Source: Longimicrobiales bacterium
GTDB taxonomy: Bacteria > Gemmatimonadota > Gemmatimonadetes > Longimicrobiales > RSA9
NCBI GenBank assembly: GCA_035513575.1
Contig: DATKBW010000157.1
Location: forward strand, 14,831 to 78,830
Length of the DNA stretch: 64,000 nucleotides
Direction: 5' to 3'
Shown here: one piece after another, positions 28,204 through 36,838 of the stretch
How positions within the stretch are numbered: the first letter of the stretch is position 1
How the letters are laid out: each line of letters opens with the position of its first letter
Program-made: the position numbers and the translations under genes
Notes under the pieces: generated by a model
Databases searched by the model: none
Seen by the model: only the letters and a program-made list of their open reading frames with translations
Told to the model about the DNA's origin: nothing

Positions 28204-30612
28204 CTACTCGGCCCGGAGCGCCTCCGCCGGAGCCACGCCGGCGGCGCGGAGGGCGGGTGGCAGGGAGGCCGCGAACACGACGCCCGCCAGGATGATGACC
28301 GTGCCGAGGATCGTCGCCGGGTCCGTCGGCTCGACTCCCACCGCGAGGTCGGTCACGAGCCGCCCGAACAGGATGGATGTGGCCGCGCCGAGCGCGAGGC
28401 CACCGACCAGGAGCCGGAGCCCGTCCCCGAGAACCCACCGGACCACGGCCGCCCGATCGGCGCCGAGGGCGATCCTCACCCCGATCTCGTGGCGCCGGAG
28501 TGCCACCATGTAGGCCACCACCCCGAAGAGGCCGGCCGCACCCAGGACCAGCGCCACGGCCGCCAGGATCGCCACGAGCGCCAGGTTGAAGCGCGGCCGT
28601 ACGAGCTGCGCGGCGACATGGTCGCGCATGGTGCGGACGGACGACGGGGACACGTCCGGGTCGATCGCCGCGAGCGCCGCCTCCACCGGGCGCACCACCG
28701 CGCCCGGGTCCGACCGCGTGCGGAGGACGACAAAGGTGCCCCAGCGCGGCTGCTGGCGGTTGGAGAAGTAGATCTCCGGCTGCGGCGCCACCCCCGGCGA
28801 GAAGGGCGGCACGTCGGGGATCACGCCGATGATCTCGACCTCTCCCTCGAGCTCGGGAAGCTGGACGCGCGCCCCGACCGGCGATCCCTCGGGCCAGTGC
28901 CGGGTGGCCATGGCGCGATTCACGAGGGCCACCGGCGTGCTCCCGGCCCGGTCACGGCCGTCGAAATTCCGGCCCTCGAGCAGCGGGAGTCCGAGCGTCG
29001 GGACGTAGCCGGGCCCCGCGTCGAACCACGCCACCGTCGGCGCTTCGCCCACCGGCACCGGAGGGCGCCCGCGCACGAGGAAGGGCGTGAGGCCATCGCC
29101 GCCGCCAAAGAGGGGCCCGGCGGACACCGTCCCGACGGATTCCACGCCCGCAAGCCCTCCCAGCTCGGCTTCTGCCCGCTCCAGGAACGCCCGCACCTCC
29201 GCTGTGGTGGGATAGCTTCCCGGCGAGAGGAAGAGGGAGAAGGTCAGGAGCCGCTCGACCTCGAATCCCGGCCGCCACTGGAGGAGGGAGGAGAAGCTGC
29301 GGGTCAGCAGACCGGCACCGAAGACGAGAGCCAGCGCGAGCCCGAGCTGGACCACGACGAGGCCCCGGCGCACGCGGGCCGTGCCCCGCGTCCCACCGGA
29401 GCGGCCCCCGCGGAACGATGCCGCCAAGTCCAGCGCCCACGCCCGGGACGCGGGGGCGAGGCCGAACAGGAGCGCGGCGAGGGCGGTGACCGCCGCGGCG
29501 AAGGCCAGGACGCGCCCATCCACCCTCACTTCCTCCAGCCGCGGCACTCCCGGCGGCGCGAGGGCGATGAAGAGCTCGGTTCCCGCGTAGGCGAGGGCGA
29601 TGCCTCCTAGGCATCCGGCCGCCGCGAGGGCGCCCGCTTCCACCAGCAGCAGCCGCGTCAGCCCCCCGTGCCCCGCGCCGAGGGCCAGGCGAACGGCCAT
29701 CTCACGCTCCCGTGCGGTGGCGCGCGCGAGCAGCAGGTTCGCTATGTTGACGCACACGATCACCAGGAGGACCGCCACCGCGGCGAGGAAGAGCCGCAGA
29801 ACGGGGCGGATCGGAGCGACGATATGGTCCCGCATGCGCTGCGTGGTCACGCTCCAGCCCACCAGGGCGTCGGGATGGCTTTCCGCCAGCCCCGCCTGCA
29901 CGCGCTGGAGCTCCTCGCCCGCCTGCTCGACCCCCACGCCCCGGCGCAGGCGCCCCACCCCCACGAAGCCGCGCCAGTCCCGGCGCTCCTCGGCACGGGG
30001 ATCGAAATGAAGCGGCAGCCACACGCCGATCCCCTCGAGCCGGGGGGCCTGGAACCCGGCCGGGAGGACACCCACGACCGTGCGGGGGATCTCGTCCAGG
30101 ACCAGCGTGGCCCCCACGACGTCCTCGCGCCCGCCGAGCTCCGTCTGCCAGAACTCGTGGGTCACCACGGCGGCACCGCCAGGCACCGCCGGCAGGTCAT
30201 CGTCCACCAGGAGGCGGCCCCGCGCGGGCGGCACGCCGAGGGCCCGGAAGAACCCTGGCGTGGCGATCCCGGATGGGACGAAGCGCGCGCCGCTCCCGGT
30301 CCGCAGCGCCGTGGACCACCAGCGTGCCGCGCCCAGGGCCTCGAAGCTCGTGGCCCGATCCGCCCAGTCCGAGAGGTTCACGGTGGAGACCGAGCAGTGG
30401 CGGGTCTCGGCCCCGTGTTTTTCGCACACCGTGACCAGGCGGTCGGAGTCCGGGAGGTCCAGGGGGCGGAGGAGCACGTGGTCCACCACGCTGTAGATCG
30501 CCGTCGCGGCCCCGATCCCCACCGCCAGCACGGCCACCGCGATGGCGGCGAAACCGGGGGCGCGGCGGGCCTGTCGGAGCGCGTAGCGGAAGTCGCGCGC
30601 GATGCGCGTCAT
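28204..30612 (-). CDS. ADOP-family duplicated FtsX-type permease
   Basis: N-terminus MTRIARDFRYALRQARRAPGFAAIAVAVLAVGIGAATAIYSVVDHVLLRPLDLPDSDRLV is the characteristic ADOP start. About 802 aa with two FtsX-like modules. ATG at 30612. Confidence 0.88.
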   Translation of the reverse strand: MTRIARDFRYALRQARRAPGFAAIAVAVLAVGIGAATAIYSVVDHVLLRPLDLPDSDRLVTVCEKHGAETRHCSVSTVNLSDWADRATSFEALGAARWWSTALRTGSGARFVPSGIATPGFFRALGVPPARGRLLVDDDLPAVPGGAAVVTHEFWQTELGGREDVVGATLVLDEIPRTVVGVLPAGFQAPRLEGIGVWLPLHFDPRAEERRDWRGFVGVGRLRRGVGVEQAGEELQRVQAGLAESHPDALVGWSVTTQRMRDHIVAPIRPVLRLFLAAVAVLLVIVCVNIANLLLARATAREREMAVRLALGAGHGGLTRLLLVEAGALAAAGCLGGIALAYAGTELFIALAPPGVPRLEEVRVDGRVLAFAAAVTALAALLFGLAPASRAWALDLAASFRGGRSGGTRGTARVRRGLVVVQLGLALALVFGAGLLTRSFSSLLQWRPGFEVERLLTFSLFLSPGSYPTTAEVRAFLERAEAELGGLAGVESVGTVSAGPLFGGGDGLTPFLVRGRPPVPVGEAPTVAWFDAGPGYVPTLGLPLLEGRNFDGRDRAGSTPVALVNRAMATRHWPEGSPVGARVQLPELEGEVEIIGVIPDVPPFSPGVAPQPEIYFSNRQQPRWGTFVVLRTRSDPGAVVRPVEAALAAIDPDVSPSSVRTMRDHVAAQLVRPRFNLALVAILAAVALVLGAAGLFGVVAYMVALRRHEIGVRIALGADRAAVVRWVLGDGLRLLVGGLALGAATSILFGRLVTDLAVGVEPTDPATILGTVIILAGVVFAASLPPALRAAGVAPAEALRAE

Positions 30613-30673
30613 GGCCGTCTCACGGTTGCGGGAGCGGTCCGGAGGCCATACGCGGAGGGGCACCGGTGCGGAA

Positions 30674-30690
30674 GGGCACGAGCCGTGCCC
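30674..30690. promoter_or_regulatory. perfect palindrome GGGCACG-AGC-CGTGCCC in a divergent promoter region
   Basis: 7-bp arms and a 3-nt spacer. Lies 11 nt upstream of the -35-like box at 30702, between the divergent ADOP permease and serine-hydrolase genes. Confidence 0.3.
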
Positions 30691-30701
30691 GCCGTTGAAA
30701 C

Positions 30702-30730
30702 GTGTCCATGTCGTTACAGTGCAATAGCTT
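30702..30730 (+). promoter_or_regulatory. promoter-like bipartite motif GTGTCC-N12-TGCAATAGCTT
   Basis: GTGTCC at 30702-30707, 17 nt to TAGCTT at 30725-30730. The 11-mer TGCAATAGCTT (30720-30730) is identical to 36857-36867. Confidence 0.4.
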
Positions 30731-30832
30731 ACGCCTGTGCACGGCAGGTCCCGCCACGTCCGTCCCCGGGACCGGGTGTCCCGGAACCGGACAGCCGGTG
30801 ACCGGGCCTCGCTTTTGCGAAGTGGAGGGGCG

Positions 30833-31675
30833 GTGAAGAGAAGACTCCAACGGGCCATCGAGGCCCTGGCAACGGAGGCAGGCGCATCCGCCGTGGCGGT
30901 GGCGGCGCACGACCTCGCGGACAGGCGGACGCTCACGCTGCACGCGGACCGGTGGTTCCATGCCGCCAGCACGATCAAGCTGGCGGTCCTGGTCGCGCTG
31001 TACGACGCGATCGATCGAGGGACGCTGCCGGAGGACGCGCGCGTCCACGTGCGGAACCAGTTCACGAGCCTGGCGGACGGCGGCTACTACCGCGTGGATC
31101 CCCGCCGGGACGGTAACGAGGAGGTACACACGTACGTGGGACGGACGATGCGAGTACGGGACCTGGCGCGCCACATGATCGTGACGAGCAGCAACCTGGC
31201 GACGAACGTGCTGGTGGAGCTGCTGGGCCCGGAGGCGATCCGTGCGTCGCTGGACCGGCAGGGGGTGGAAGGGCTCGAGTTCCGGCGTGGAGTGGAGGAC
31301 CAGGGGGCGTGGGAGTCCGGAATCAACAACCGGGTCACGGCGGCGGGGCTGGAGCTGCTGCTGCGGGGGGTGGCGGAGGGGTCGTCGGTGTCGGAGGACG
31401 CATCGGGGGAGATGCTGGAAGTCCTGCACGACCAGCGGTTCGTGAGCGGGATCCCGGCGGGGCTCCCGGACGGGGCGCGGGTCGCGAACAAGACGGGCGA
31501 GATCTCGACGGTGGTGCACGACGCCGGGGTGGTCTACCTGCCCGACCGGGACCCGTACGTGATCGTGGTGCTGACGGAGTGGCCGGAGAACGGGGACACG
31601 GGGCAGCGGCGGAAGCTGATCGCGGAGATCTCGCGGATGATGCTCCAGGACTTCGTGGAGGGGTCGGATGAGTGA
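30833..31675 (+). CDS. class A beta-lactamase-like serine hydrolase, no signal peptide apparent
   Basis: All four class A motifs are present in order: AASTIK (SxxK), TSSN (SDN position), WESGINN (ExxxN), NKTG (KTG). GTG 30833 is preceded by GGAGGGG. The N-terminus VKRRLQRAIEALATEAG is not hydrophobic. Confidence 0.8.
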   Translation: MKRRLQRAIEALATEAGASAVAVAAHDLADRRTLTLHADRWFHAASTIKLAVLVALYDAIDRGTLPEDARVHVRNQFTSLADGGYYRVDPRRDGNEEVHTYVGRTMRVRDLARHMIVTSSNLATNVLVELLGPEAIRASLDRQGVEGLEFRRGVEDQGAWESGINNRVTAAGLELLLRGVAEGSSVSEDASGEMLEVLHDQRFVSGIPAGLPDGARVANKTGEISTVVHDAGVVYLPDRDPYVIVVLTEWPENGDTGQRRKLIAEISRMMLQDFVEGSDE

Positions 31676-32276
31676 GTCGGTGCGGGGGCTCAGGGTGGTG
31701 GACGCCCTCGAGCTCGCGGGACCGTACCGCGAGGCGCTGCGGCCGGGCGAGCTGGTCCGTGACGGCGCGGGGCGTGCAGTGCAGCTCCCCCGGTACTTCT
31801 ACGAGGTGCCGACCTGGGAGGCGGCGCTGGACACGTGGCTGTCGCCGCATTTCGGCGCGTTCGAGTTCCTGGATGTCGACGTCCGGGAGGCGGAGCCCCT
31901 GCGCGCGTTCCCGCGCTATCTCCCGTGCGCGGTGGTGGCGTTCGCCGCGGTGCTGGAGCGGTTCCGCGAAGCGGCGGGCGCCCCAGTCCGGATCGCGGCC
32001 AACGGAGGATACCGGTCGCCGTCCCACGCGCTGTCGCGGGACCGGTCGCCGCACCTGTGGGGTGCCGCGGCAGACATTTACCGGATCGGGGGGGATTACC
32101 TGGACGACCCGGAGCGGATCAGGCGCTACGCGGAGCTGGCGGAGCGGGCCGTCCCGGGTGCGTGGGCCCGGCCGACGGGGACCGACCCGGCGTCCGCGTT
32201 CGACCACCTGCATCTGGACCTCGGGTACCTGACACGGGTGCCGCGAGACGTGCAGGTGAAGGAGCGGGAATCATGA
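31668..32276 (+). CDS. LAS/peptidase M15-like zinc D,D-peptidase-fold protein, no signal peptide apparent
   Basis: GGYRSPSH...SPHLWGAAAD matches SxHxxGxAxD, followed by DHLHLD as the second His ligand context. Overlaps the upstream gene by 8 nt. Confidence 0.75.
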   Translation: MSESVRGLRVVDALELAGPYREALRPGELVRDGAGRAVQLPRYFYEVPTWEAALDTWLSPHFGAFEFLDVDVREAEPLRAFPRYLPCAVVAFAAVLERFREAAGAPVRIAANGGYRSPSHALSRDRSPHLWGAAADIYRIGGDYLDDPERIRRYAELAERAVPGAWARPTGTDPASAFDHLHLDLGYLTRVPRDVQVKERES

Positions 32277-33451
32277 AGAAGCACGAGCGAAGGGAACAGA
32301 TCGAGCGGCGGCGAGAGCCGGAGCGCGGCGCCATCGGGATGGAGGCGGAGTTCGTCTGCGTGGTGGACGGCGAGGTGGTCGATCCCGCGGACGTGTTCGG
32401 CGACCCGCGTGCCTTCTTGGGGGACGGCGCGCTGCACCGGGTGGGGACCTCGTATCACCTGCCGACCGGGGGCGCGGTCTACTTCGATACCGGGGTGATC
32501 GAGGTGGTGACACCCGTGATCGAGGTAGGCCGGGCGTGCGCGTCGCAGGTCGTGCGCTCGTTGTGGGAGGGGGTCTGCCTCGTCCGGGACCGGCTGGACC
32601 AGTGGAGCGAGCGGGAGGGGCGGGAGGCGCGGCTGGTGGGCTTCAGCGCGCACTACAACGTCTCCCTGCCCGAGCTGGGGAACGGGTCCCGGATCGCGGC
32701 CATCGGGCGGACGCTCACGGACATGCTGCCGTTCCCGGTCATGCTCTTCGCGGCGAACCGCCGCTCCACGGGCATCGGGGTACGCCCTCGCCCCGGGCGC
32801 GTCGAGGTGACAGCGGACTTCACGCCGGATCCGGGGCTGATGGTGGCCACGACGGCCATCATCCTGGCCGCGGTCATGGAGGTGGCGGGGTGGGAGGACC
32901 CCGGGCGGGCGGCGCTGGAGGACCGGGGTTACCCGGTCATCGCGGGGTTCGACCCGGTGCCGCACACCTCGCGCAGGGGGTGGCTCGCGCGGTACTCGTG
33001 CTACACCCCCGATCCGTTCCGCAGCCGCCCCGACGACCGGCAGTGGCGGACCACGCGCGGGGACCGGGTGTCGGTCCGGAGCGCGTCGCGCCGGGTCGTC
33101 GCGCGGCTGACCCCCGTGCTGCGGCGGATCGCCGCCGAGGATACGCGCCGGCTGATCGCGCTGGTGCTGGTAGCTCGCCTCCCCTCGCTGCTGGACCTCA
33201 ACGACCGACCGGAGGCCTACGAGGACGTGGGCCGGCTGTGTGTCTGGCGGGAGCCGGACCCGAGCCGTCCGCTGGACCGCTCCGCGTACGAGCAGGTCAT
33301 GCGTGACGCGATGGCGGGGTTGCCGATCCGCGTGGACGGGCAGCTCTACCGCCCGGTCGGCACGAGCGGTTGGACGCGCGTTCGCTATCGGAGCGATGGC
33401 GGGCGCGAGCGTACGTTCTCGGTCGACGAGCTGGTGCGGCTGCGGAGCTGA
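32273..33451 (+). CDS. hypothetical protein with carboxylate-amine ligase (glutamine synthetase fold)-like N-terminal motifs
   Basis: 392 aa. The ATG overlaps the upstream stop (ATGA). Motifs IGMEAEF, TGGAVYFDTGVIEVVTP and GFSAHYNVS occur in the order seen in GCS2/YbdK and PafA/Dop-type ligases. This is motif-level similarity only. Confidence 0.45.
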   Translation: MKKHERREQIERRREPERGAIGMEAEFVCVVDGEVVDPADVFGDPRAFLGDGALHRVGTSYHLPTGGAVYFDTGVIEVVTPVIEVGRACASQVVRSLWEGVCLVRDRLDQWSEREGREARLVGFSAHYNVSLPELGNGSRIAAIGRTLTDMLPFPVMLFAANRRSTGIGVRPRPGRVEVTADFTPDPGLMVATTAIILAAVMEVAGWEDPGRAALEDRGYPVIAGFDPVPHTSRRGWLARYSCYTPDPFRSRPDDRQWRTTRGDRVSVRSASRRVVARLTPVLRRIAAEDTRRLIALVLVARLPSLLDLNDRPEAYEDVGRLCVWREPDPSRPLDRSAYEQVMRDAMAGLPIRVDGQLYRPVGTSGWTRVRYRSDGGRERTFSVDELVRLRS

Positions 33452-33512
33452 AGCAACACCCCCGCATGTTCGTGTGTCCATTCAGGTATGGTGAACCCCG
33501 AAGGAGGGTAGC

Positions 33513-34613
33513 GTGAGGAAGCGCTGGCCGATCGCCCTCGTGGCGGTGCTCGTGGGGGCCGTTTCGCCGCCGGCGTGCGGGCCGGTGCCGGCGGGGGGTG
33601 GGGCGGCGCACGAGGCATCGCGTCTGGATGTGCGGTTCGTCGTCGACGAACCCGAGGCCGTGCTGGACATCCTGGACGCCATGGCGCGTGGCGAGGAGGT
33701 GGGGAGCGCCGCGTGGGCCCGCCTCTTCGCGACCGAGGGGTACCGGCGGTTGAAGGAACGGGAAGCGTCGTTGAATCGGGCGTTTACCGATGACGAGTTC
33801 GGATCGTTCGTGCGGAGCCCGGCGCTTGCGGAGCGCCGGACGGAGCTCAGGCGCACCCTCGAGCGGTGGCGCTCGGTGGACATGGCGGAGCCGGCGCGGC
33901 TGGCGTTCCGATACCTGCCGGAGGGTGCGGCGATCCGGGCCGCGGTCTACCCGTCGATCAAGCCGCGGACCAATTCCTTCGTGTTCGAGCCCCGGACGAA
34001 CCCGGCGATCTTCCTGTACCTCGACCCCGCCAAGCCAGCCGCCGCGCTGACGAACACGGTGGCGCACGAGCTCCACCACATCGGCCTGGCCGGCGCATGC
34101 GGGGATCCCGACCCGGGTCTCCCGAAGGGCGTCCGTGACGCCCTCGACTGGATGGGCGGCTTCGGTGAGGGGCTGGCGATGCTGGCGGCGGCGGGGGGCG
34201 CGGACACACACCCTCACGCGACGAGCCCGTCCGAAGCGCGGGCGGTGTGGGACTCCGCGGTGGCGCGGGTACCCGCCGACCTGGCCCGGCTGGAGCGCTT
34301 CTTTCTCGACCTCGTCGACGGGCGGATGACCGAAGAGGAAGCGGCGACGCGAGGGTTCCGCTTCCTCGTCGATGACGGGGTGCCACAGGGGGCGTTCTAC
34401 ACCGTCGGCTGGCACATGGCGGCGCTGGTGGAGCGGGAGCTCGGGCGGGAGCGGGTCGTCGCTGGCGTGTGTGATCCGGCGGTGCTGCTGGCGGACTACG
34501 ACCGCGCCGCGGCGGCGGTGGGAGCCAGGACCGGCCGGCGGCTGCCGCGCTGGTCCGGGACGCTGCTGGAGGCGGTGGGCGCCGGTTCCGCGGTGGAGCA
34601 AGGCGTGCGCTGA
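33513..34613 (+). CDS. secreted putative zinc metallopeptidase (HExxH; DUF5700-like)
   Basis: GTG 33513 is preceded by AAGGAGGG. Signal peptide MRKRWPIALVAVLVGAVSPPAC. HELHH motif in TNTVAHELHHIG. Confidence 0.65.
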   Translation: MRKRWPIALVAVLVGAVSPPACGPVPAGGGAAHEASRLDVRFVVDEPEAVLDILDAMARGEEVGSAAWARLFATEGYRRLKEREASLNRAFTDDEFGSFVRSPALAERRTELRRTLERWRSVDMAEPARLAFRYLPEGAAIRAAVYPSIKPRTNSFVFEPRTNPAIFLYLDPAKPAAALTNTVAHELHHIGLAGACGDPDPGLPKGVRDALDWMGGFGEGLAMLAAAGGADTHPHATSPSEARAVWDSAVARVPADLARLERFFLDLVDGRMTEEEAATRGFRFLVDDGVPQGAFYTVGWHMAALVERELGRERVVAGVCDPAVLLADYDRAAAAVGARTGRRLPRWSGTLLEAVGAGSAVEQGVR

Positions 34614-34712
34614 GCCAGTGCGGCATCGCGGCGCGGCACGGGTCCCGGGGCCGGCGCCGCAGCGGCGCATCCAGCCATGGCCTCGCCCCGCGTCGTGGGC
34701 GAACGTGGCGTC

Positions 34713-36239
34713 ATGCTCGCGACGATCCTGAGCGGTGCGGTGCTGGGCGTGGAGGCCTACGCGGTCCGGGTGGAAGTGGACCTCGCGCGCGGGCTCCCAT
34801 CCATGAGCGTGGTGGGCCTCCCGCACGGGGCGGTGCGGGAGGGGCGGGAGCGGGTGATGGCGGCGCTGGTCAACAGCGGCTTTCCGGTGCCGCCGCGCCG
34901 CATCACGGTGAACCTGGCGCCGGCGGATGTCCCGAAGAACGGGAGCGCGTTCGACCTGCCCATCGCCCTGGGGCTGCTCGCCGCCGACGGCCGGCTGCGG
35001 GCGGACGGTCTGGATGGGGTCTGCTGCATCGGCGAGCTCGGGCTCGACGGCGCCCTCCGCCCCGTGCACGGCGCGCTGGCCGTGGCGCTGCACTGCCGTG
35101 CGGCGGGGATCCCGCGGCTCGTCGTGCCCGCGGCGAACGCCGCCGAGGCTGCGGTGGTGGATCGGGTCGACGTGGTCGGGGCGGACGGGCTGACGGAGGT
35201 CGTGGACCACATCGCCGGCCGCCGCCCGCTGCCCATCGTGACCCGGCGGGTCGGCGACCCGCCCCGCTCGCTGGCCCCGGATTTCGCGGACGTGCAGGGA
35301 CAGGCGATGGCGCGGCGCGCCCTGGAGGTCGCGGCCGCCGGCGGCCATAACGTGCTGCTCCTGGGGCCACCGGGATCCGGCAAGTCCATGATGGCGCGCC
35401 GGCTCCCGTCCATCCTCCCGCCACTGACGCCGGAAGAGGCCCTGGAGGCGACGCTGGTGCATTCGGTCTCGGGGCGGCTCCCGCCGGGCGTGGGGCTGCT
35501 GCGGTCCCGCGCGTTCCGAGCGCCGCACCACACCATCTCGGACGGGGGGCTGATCGGGGGCGGCGGCATCCCGCGTCCGGGCGAAGCCTCCCTGGCGCAC
35601 CACGGGGTCCTGTTCCTCGATGAGCTGCCGGAGTTCCGCCGATCGGCGCTGGAGGCGCTGCGCCAGCCGCTCGAGGACGGAGAGATCCATCTGGGTCGGG
35701 CACGGGCGGTGGTGCGGCTGCCCGCGCGGTTCATGCTCGTGGCCGCCATGAACCCGTGCCCCTGCGGGCACCACGGCACGGACCGGTGCTCCTGCACGGC
35801 GGAGCGCGTGCGCCGTTACCGCGCCCGGATCTCGGGGCCGCTCCTGGACCGCATCGATGTCCACCTGGAGGTGGCGCCCACGCGGGCGCCCGAGCTCGCC
35901 CGCGCCGGGGCCCGGGAGTCCAGTGAGGCGATCCGGGATCGTGTGGCCGCGGCCAGGGAGCGACAGCTCCTCCGGCACCGCGGGGCCGGCGTGTACTGCA
36001 ATGCCCAGCTCGATGCGCGGCTCACCCGCGAGCACTGCGCTCCGGATGGACCCGGTGCGGCGCTCCTGGAAGCCGCGATCCAGAGGTTGGGGCTCTCCGG
36101 TCGCGCGTTCCACCGTATCCTCCGCGTCGCACGGACGATCGCGGACCTGGCGGGCCGGGACCGCGTGGAGTCGCTCCATGTCGCCGAGGCCATCCAGTAC
36201 CGTGCCCTGGATCGCCGCGCCCGCGTCACCGTCCCGTAG
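34713..36239 (+). CDS. comM: YifB/ComM-family Mg-chelatase-like ATPase
   Basis: N-terminal Lon-protease-like domain (ITVNLAPADVPKNGSAFDLPIALGLL), Walker A LLLGPPGSGKSMMARRL, GVLFLDELPEF, and a C-terminal MCM-like region. Confidence 0.9.
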   Translation: MLATILSGAVLGVEAYAVRVEVDLARGLPSMSVVGLPHGAVREGRERVMAALVNSGFPVPPRRITVNLAPADVPKNGSAFDLPIALGLLAADGRLRADGLDGVCCIGELGLDGALRPVHGALAVALHCRAAGIPRLVVPAANAAEAAVVDRVDVVGADGLTEVVDHIAGRRPLPIVTRRVGDPPRSLAPDFADVQGQAMARRALEVAAAGGHNVLLLGPPGSGKSMMARRLPSILPPLTPEEALEATLVHSVSGRLPPGVGLLRSRAFRAPHHTISDGGLIGGGGIPRPGEASLAHHGVLFLDELPEFRRSALEALRQPLEDGEIHLGRARAVVRLPARFMLVAAMNPCPCGHHGTDRCSCTAERVRRYRARISGPLLDRIDVHLEVAPTRAPELARAGARESSEAIRDRVAAARERQLLRHRGAGVYCNAQLDARLTREHCAPDGPGAALLEAAIQRLGLSGRAFHRILRVARTIADLAGRDRVESLHVAEAIQYRALDRRARVTVP

Positions 36240-36272
36240 CGCCGGGCGCGGATCTCCGCGCCGGCCGAGGGC

Positions 36273-36737
36273 TCAGGGCGCGGGGATGAACTCCGCGCGG
36301 ATGGTATACTCCCCCGCCTCGGACGGCCGCCAGGTGCTGGCTCCCACGCGGTAGCAGCCGGAAGAGACACCGAGAGTGAGGCGCGCGACCCGAAGCGGGC
36401 CCACGCCGGTGGGGTCGTACGCCTGGGCCAGGGGATCGCCCAGATCCTGGGACCAGAGATAGAGAAAGGGGTCGACGGTATGGTCGCCCGACCTCTCGGC
36501 GCCCATCTCGATGGTGACCGTTCCCGGGCCTTCCGGATACAGGCTGTAGTAATCGATCAGCGACCCGTCCAGGAGCGCGTCGCTCGCGGGCAGGAGGGAT
36601 TCGGCCACGGTCCGGCCGAACGGGAGCGGCGGTGCGTCGCCGCACGCAGGGTCCGGATCCACGGGGTCGTCCCCGCACGCGGCCAGCAGGAGCAGCGCGG
36701 CCAGGAGGCGGGCGGCTGCGCCAGGCGATTGCAGCAT
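36273..36737 (-). CDS. hypothetical lipoprotein
   Basis: Signal peptide plus lipobox LLLLAAC. Small beta-rich domain. No catalytic motif recognised. Confidence 0.55.
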   Translation of the reverse strand: MLQSPGAAARLLAALLLLAACGDDPVDPDPACGDAPPLPFGRTVAESLLPASDALLDGSLIDYYSLYPEGPGTVTIEMGAERSGDHTVDPFLYLWSQDLGDPLAQAYDPTGVGPLRVARLTLGVSSGCYRVGASTWRPSEAGEYTIRAEFIPAP

Positions 36738-36838
36738 CGCGTTCCGCGTTCCAGGTGGTCCGGTGGAGGGCTCGGCCAGGCGACGGTGGATGGGTAGCGG
36801 GGTGAGGGTCCGGGGTCAAGCGCATGAGGCGCAAAGGC

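Noticed and set aside
33297-36179. Very long ORFs on the opposite strand or in alternative frames of real genes. Examples: 33297-36179 (-), 4301-5887 (-), 36226-38526 (-), 40602-42431 (-), 46440-48266 (-), 59724-61649 (-), 15051-17393 (+), 21702-23999 (+), 48917-50860 upstream part.
   Set aside because: Their translations are dominated by Arg/Pro/Gly/Ala runs with no motifs. They overlap genes with unmistakable conserved motifs. Stop-poor alternative frames are expected in DNA this GC-rich.
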